This document shows, in pieces, positions 58,401 to 64,000 of a DNA stretch of 64,000 nucleotides (position 1 is its first letter; every line of letters starts with the position of its first letter). The position numbers and the translations under genes were made by a program. The notes beneath the pieces were generated by a model. That model ran no database searches. It was not told the origin of the DNA and saw nothing but the letters and a program-made list of their open reading frames with translations. Location of the stretch: the NCBI GenBank assembly GCA_964247055.1, contig OZ176052.1, forward strand, positions 3,286,001 to 3,350,000. Direction: 5' to 3'. This DNA comes from Paragordius varius. Its lineage: Eukaryota; Animalia; Nematomorpha.

Positions 58401-61400
58401 AACGAAAGCGGGCAGGTTTCTGACGACTTCTTGTCGGGTACCGTCGTTCTTGTGTTTTAGCGGGGGAGTAGATTGTCGCAGATTTCTGGGTATTATCATT
58501 ATTTGGACTTTCGGCTGTCGGAGTAATTGGGATTTCGTTCTTTTAATTGATCGTGTTTGGTTGCGTTTCAGCGATTGCTCCATCATCCGTGGCAGTGGTT
58601 ACCTCCTCCTCATTTGTGTTGCTGGCAGTGGTCGGCTGTGGTTGTGGTTGTTGTACTATTTGGTCAGTGTGTTTCCTCACAACTTTGTCTCGTTCCTTGT
58701 CTCATACCTTGTATGAAAATAATCATGTACGGTCCGTAATCTCTCCGGCGCGCCACCCTGGACTTAATTCATTTTTAATCATTACCTGGTCATTAATGGC
58801 AAACTGCCGTCGGAAGGCCGGTGCATCTAGCAATGCCCTACTATTTAACCAGGTTAAGGGGGTATGGGGAGTACGCTTGAACATTAACTGGGCCGGGGTT
58901 TTTTTCGTTGTTGAGTGTATAGAATTTCTATACGCCCATAGGCTAGTGTTAAACGCTTCGTGGGTGGATATCGCATTATTTTTTATTCTTTTGCATTTAT
59001 TTTTTATTGTACCTACTAATCTTTCTACCATCCCATTACTCTTAGGATGGTAGGGGGTAACAATATCTTTCACCCCTAACGTACTTAAGGTTGACGTGAA
59101 GTACTCATTACTGAAATACGAAGCGTTATCGCTAACGATCTCTCTTGCAAAGCCAAACCTTGCAAAGCCAAACCTTGCAAAGGTTTCTTCTACTTTGTGG
59201 ATTATATTCGCTGCGGTTACCTTTTTCAAAATAAATCCTTCTGCTTATTTCGAGGCACTATCAATTATCAACAACCAATAAAAACCGTCTACCGGTCCGG
59301 CTACATCAATATGTAAACGCTCCCACACAGCAACATTATGATCCCACTGATACGTGGAATTCTGTGTAAAATTCGGCCTACTACATTGGCACGATTCGCA
59401 TTGACTACTGGCTTTTACCAGGTCATTTTCTAATTCTGGCCAATAACACTTAAATCTGGCCATCGCTTTCATGGTCTCTACGTTGTTATGCCCGCTGTGT
59501 AGGTATCTCACCACCTCTTTTTGGAGGGGTTTCGGAATTACAATCCGATCATTTAAACTTAATAAGCCATATTGATATGCCAACTCGTCTTTACGGTTTA
59601 CAAACTTTTTTAATTCTGGAGAACTCCAGTCATGGTTGTTTAACGCTTTAATTACTTTTTGTAATACTGAATCTAATGCGGTTTCTTTTCGAATTTCATC
59701 TCTGCTTAACCGCACGTTAAGACAATTCAAAAATCTCAGATATCTGGTATCCGCATAATATTCATGATAGGCAACGATCTCGTCAATCGGCCATCTCGAT
59801 AAATAATCAGCTCTATTTTGAGCCCCTTTTTGATGACTTATTTCAAAGTCGTATTCATTTATCATATTAATCCATCTTAGTACTTTAGCATTATGTATCT
59901 CTTTTAAATTTCGATCTCTATTTATTAACTTTACTAAAGGTAAATGGTCAGTTAATATTATGAATTTTCTACCGTATACGAAACTATGAAACTTTCGTAA
60001 CGCAAATAATATTGCTTTTAATTCCTTCTCTATAGTGGAATAATTCTTTTCAGCGTTGATACACTTTTGTGAGGCATACGCTATCGGTATCCTTTCACTA
60101 TTAACTTCATGACTCAAAATACACCCGAATCCTAAATCTGACGCATCAGTTTCTATTATCAACCATCTCGTATTTTTACTAGTTAATTCATGTAAGGGGC
60201 CGACTACCATTTGTAATTTTGGTATAAAGCGTTCATGAAATGTCAAAAAACCTAGAAAACTACGTAATTACTTTTTATCTACCGGCCTTTTTAGTTTCTT
60301 AATTGCTTTGATTTTGCTTTCACATGGGCTTATACCCTTTTTCGATATTTCAAACCCTAAATAGTTTACTGATCTGCGCCTATCATTATTTTATCTTGTC
60401 TTAATTTAAATCCGGACTTATCGAGACGACTTAATAGGTTATTTAAATTGTTAATGTGCTCATTTTCCGTCCTACCAGTCACTAGGACGTCATCTAAATA
60501 TAAGCAAGTTCCCGGACTTTCAGCCAGCACTTGTTCCATCACTCTTTGGAAGATGATAGGTGCCGTGGCCAGTCCAAACGGCATGCGTTTGTCTCTAAAA
60601 AAACCTTTATGTGTTGATATTGTTAACAATTCCTGACACTCCTCTGCCATAGGGATTTGGAGGTAAGCATCTTTTAAATCAATTTTTGTGAATGTGATAC
60701 CTTCACCTATTTTCGACACCAACTCATCAAACGTGGGGATTATATGGGAGTCTTCTTGCAACCACTTATTAATCGTTACCCGAAAATCACTACATATTCT
60801 AAATTCGCCATTCGGTTTAATTACATTAACCGTAGGCGTGGCCCATGTCACAGGTGTAATGTTAGGATCAACCGGTTCTAAGATGCCTAACTTTTCTAGC
60901 CTTGTCAGTTCTTTCTCCATCTTTTCTCTTAATGGAAAAGGCACCCTGCGAGATGGCCATACTTTCGGGATCGCATTCGCTGCAATGCGAATTTTTACAG
61001 GGTCCTTATAACACCCTAACTTACTTTCGAATAAGTTTTTACACAAATTTCATTCTTAAGATAATTAACTTTAACCTGTGGCATCTCAATCTGGAATTTC
61101 GCCATCCAGTCTAGTCCACAGATCAGCGGAGCCATCCCAATCGTTTTGCTTAGGACACATATGTCCCTGACCATTTGTTTACCATTTACCTGGACCTTGA
61201 CACTTGCTGTCCCCATCATTGGCACTGTGGTATTATTGTACGATTTTAGTGGGGGTGTCGGTCCCACGTTAGAAAGTTTATTACGCTAATATCCGAACCG
61301 GTATCGTAGATAAAGTCTTTTTCTAACCCGTTTATTACTAGTGTTATCAGTAAGGAAGTTTGCGCATTAAGACCTACGTTGACTTCCTTCAATAATTGCC

Positions 61401-61671
61401 TATTGAAGTTGGGTCTTTGTCTCTTAGCCACACACATTCTCGCAAAATGGTTCAGCTTTCCGCATTTGTTGCAGGATCGTCTCCAGGCTGGACACTTGTT
61501 GGTTGGGTGTGTTGACCGAAATGTTTGCATGTAATAGATGATTTTATTTATTGTTTGTCGGTAGGGTTTATTATGTTGTAACCAATTGATATTATTGCTG
61601 TTGCTAAGTCGTCGATTGCTATTATTATTGTATTTTTGAGCTGTGATATTCATTGGTTTGTCTGCCATATT

Positions 61672-61685
61672 CGTTTTGGCCACCA
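61672..61685 (-). promoter_or_regulatory. Primer-binding site (PBS)
   Basis: TGGTGGCCAAAACG begins 1 nt after the 5' LTR end (..TGTCA-G-TGG). The cognate tRNA was not identified. Confidence 0.6.
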
Positions 61686-61686
61686 C

Positions 61687-61750
61687 TGACAACTGGGGAC
61701 GACAAAGTAAAGTCAATGGTAAATTTATTGTATATCGTATTGTATAATGA

Positions 61751-61793
<43 letters not shown>

Positions 61794-62032
61794 AAGATAA
61801 TTAGGTCTAATGTATTCACATATATCAAGGTGAGATGTTTGCTTTTATACAATTAACTTAAGGTATCATAATAATAGTCACACGTGGTGGTGAGGTTATA
61901 GTAATATAATAATAGTACACAGATAAGTTAATAGGTTAATATAATACTATATAACGAATGTTGTTTGTGCGGTTAATCTAATTATGTAATAAAAGATTCA
62001 TTCAAATTAGCCTGTCAGTTATCACTCTAACA
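61687..62032 (-). repeat. 5' LTR (346 bp)
   Basis: Starts TGTTAGAGTG and ends ..CAGTTGTCA on the minus strand; contains (TA)19. Confidence 0.92.
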
Positions 62033-62444
62033 AAAGTATATATAAAAAGTAAAATAATATATTTATAAATTTTATTTTTATCCGAAAATCCCAAATTTTG
62101 GTCCATGGCTAGTTCAAAATAAACGAAAAAATGCCGAGATTGTATGATAAAAATTTTAAAAAATACTAACATAAAAAAAGTTTTCCCCGAAAAAATGGAT
62201 ATTTTGTCTAAAAATTAAATAAGCAAAATTTTGTTGAAGCGTACCTCATTCCTTTTTTGGGATGATGAAAACGGGTTAAAAACACCTTGTTAAAAAAACT
62301 TTTTTTATAATTGAATGCCTGCACATTTTTATCACCTAAAAATTTAAATTTATAGGTTTGCCTGCTTTCAAATTTGGATAAATTAACACACAATTTATAA
62401 TTTATTAAATAAATTAAGCGAACAAAAATTTTGATCAATGTTTT

Positions 62445-62586
62445 AAAGTGATAGAAATTTTCAGCATCATCATATTACATAGAAACAGTGTTTTATAATA
62501 TGCCATTTGCACTTCAAAGTGATAGAAATTTTCAGCATCATCATATTACTTAGAAACAGTGTTTTATAATATGCCATTTGCACTTC
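62445..62586 (+). repeat. 71-bp perfect-minus-one tandem duplication
   Basis: AAAGTGATAGAAATTTTCAGCATCATCATATTAC(A/T)TAGAAACAGTGTTTTATAATATGCCATTTGCACTTC occurs twice. Confidence 0.95.
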
Positions 62587-63086
62587 AAAAGTGTTTTTGA
62601 ATACTTCAAGTTGGTTCTGAATATTTCAAGTTAATCTTTAAACACTTCTAGTTGCTCTTAAAATAATTTAAGTTTGGATCCAACCATAATTTTTGCATCA
62701 TTTTTCCGTAGACGCTGGTTTAGAAATATAAATAAATCTTTTAAGTTTAATTCTACCAGCAAATCTTTTAATTTATTTATTTTAAAATCAGCGGTTTGCT
62801 TCTATCATGTTTTAAACCAATTCGAGGTCAAGATTATAAATAAATAATAAAAATAAAAGCATTATCCAATGAGAAAAAATTTAACACTCCTTTACTTTCT
62901 GGGGTTGATTATATCGAAAAATGATTTAAAATTTGACTATTTAAAAAAATATTAAGATTAAGCCGAAAAAATATGCTTTCTTCAGCCGTTTAACCGCATT
63001 ATACAAAATAATTAAAAAAATTTTAACAAAAATCCTCATCTCAATTTTTTTTGCCGCCATTTTTATATCTAATTTTTTTAAACTAA

Positions 63087-63641
63087 CACTTGGTTCATTT
63101 CCATCCTTCAATTTAAATTGGGGTAGTTGGATACCCCATGTCTGTTTAAAATTAATACATCAGAAAATATGGAAGGAATTAAACCCAGGCAAAAGTTTGC
63201 ACTTATATAACATTAAAAACCAAAATATAAATTTAATTACTTCAAAAATACTTGATATTACTTATTTTTATGTAAAACCCAAAGTTAAAAATTAAGACAA
63301 GCTAAATATAAAAAATAATGCAAAATATACCACTTTTTCTGTTTATATTAAGGTTAAATGTGATTTCAATTTAAAAGTAAACTTAATTAAAGCCTTAAAA
63401 TCAAATAAACACGATATTTTGCAAAAGTGTTGTATAAAAATGGCATCCAAATAGTTTAAGACGGAACTTTTTTTCCAAAACTAAATTTTATTTAGTTATT
63501 TAGGCTTTTAGGCTCATTTATAAGATTTTTTTAGGATAGAAGCATAATTTCAAATTGGGATCGTTTCTTTCAGTAGTTATTTAAAAATATCAACTTAATT
63601 ATAATCTGGGGTATATAGATACCCTAATTTAAATCGAAGTG
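63087..63641. mobile_element. piggyBac-like TTAA MITE, copy 3
   Basis: CTAA|CACTTGG..CTTCAATTTAAATTGGGGTAGTTGGATACCCC ... GGGGTATATAGATACCCTAATTTAAATCGAAGTG|TTAA; colinear with copy 1. Confidence 0.8.
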
Positions 63642-64000
63642 TTAATGCCTTAGGCAATGTTTATTATGGTTAGATAATGTAAATAATTAAGTTTAAAAAA
63701 GCTTTCAGGCTCATTTTAATTACAGCTGCATGTTTCAATCGTGTTTTGAAAATGTCCCAATTTTAGACCTAGAAATCACAAAACTGGAAAAAAATATAAG
63801 CCTTTTTATCTAATACATGAAAACAAGGTTTAATAACAAATTTCAACAAAATTTCAAAACTATAGTTTATTTACAAAATTAAGTATGGGATATAAAACTA
63901 ACCCAAAAGTTAAACTGAGACAAAAAATTTAAAGGTAATTAAATGTTTACTAACTTTAAATACCGTAGTTTATTTAAAGCTCTAAAGTGATAAATGTCAT

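Larger units (their letters stand above)
58068..62032 (-). mobile_element. Ty3/gypsy LTR retrotransposon (Mag-like), internally deleted and non-autonomous
   Basis: Two TG..CA LTRs with 5-bp TSD AAAGT (58063-58067 and 62033-62037). Minus-strand order: gag zinc-knuckle remnant (HPTNKCPAWRRSCNKCGKLNHFARMC), protease (YDTGS), RT (RICSDFR, KIDLKDAYLQ, YLDD), RNase H (TDAS, YSTIEKE, TDH) and integrase (HSGH..C..C, LHID, SDN, SNGMVER). Contains frameshifts and deletions. Confidence 0.95.

Noticed and set aside
61687-61703. Plus-strand ACAAC-TGGGGACGAC resembling a Mag-type LTR/PBS junction
   Set aside because: ORFs, PPT and TSD all place the element on the minus strand, and this sequence lies inside the LTR end.

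Overview
Eukaryotic (animal) genomic DNA, strongly AT-rich, with short-to-medium spliceosomal introns. I found no prokaryotic genes, CRISPR array, rRNA or tRNA. The species cannot be identified from this window. Six host genes lie on the + strand: the 3' part of cohesin RAD21 (53-7436), an INF2-like formin (~18147-27509), three tandem, intact and very divergent class C GPCRs (28527-32279, 36624-44279, 46826-50280), and a multi-CUB plus LDLa protein with no visible transmembrane helix (~52997-57061). Mobile DNA includes a full-length RTE LINE inside a RAD21 intron, whose 5' end is a complete HDV-like self-cleaving ribozyme abutting the target-site duplication. Also present are a BovB-like LINE fragment, a Mos1-like mariner relic, a non-autonomous Helitron with an internal tandem array, a Mag-like Ty3/gypsy element with both LTRs and a 5-bp TSD, and several MITEs. 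The best candidate for an undescribed system is the GPCR trio, which shares a non-glutamate binding pocket, lacks the inter-subunit Cys loop and has a very long ECL2. All alignments and splice models were made by eye.
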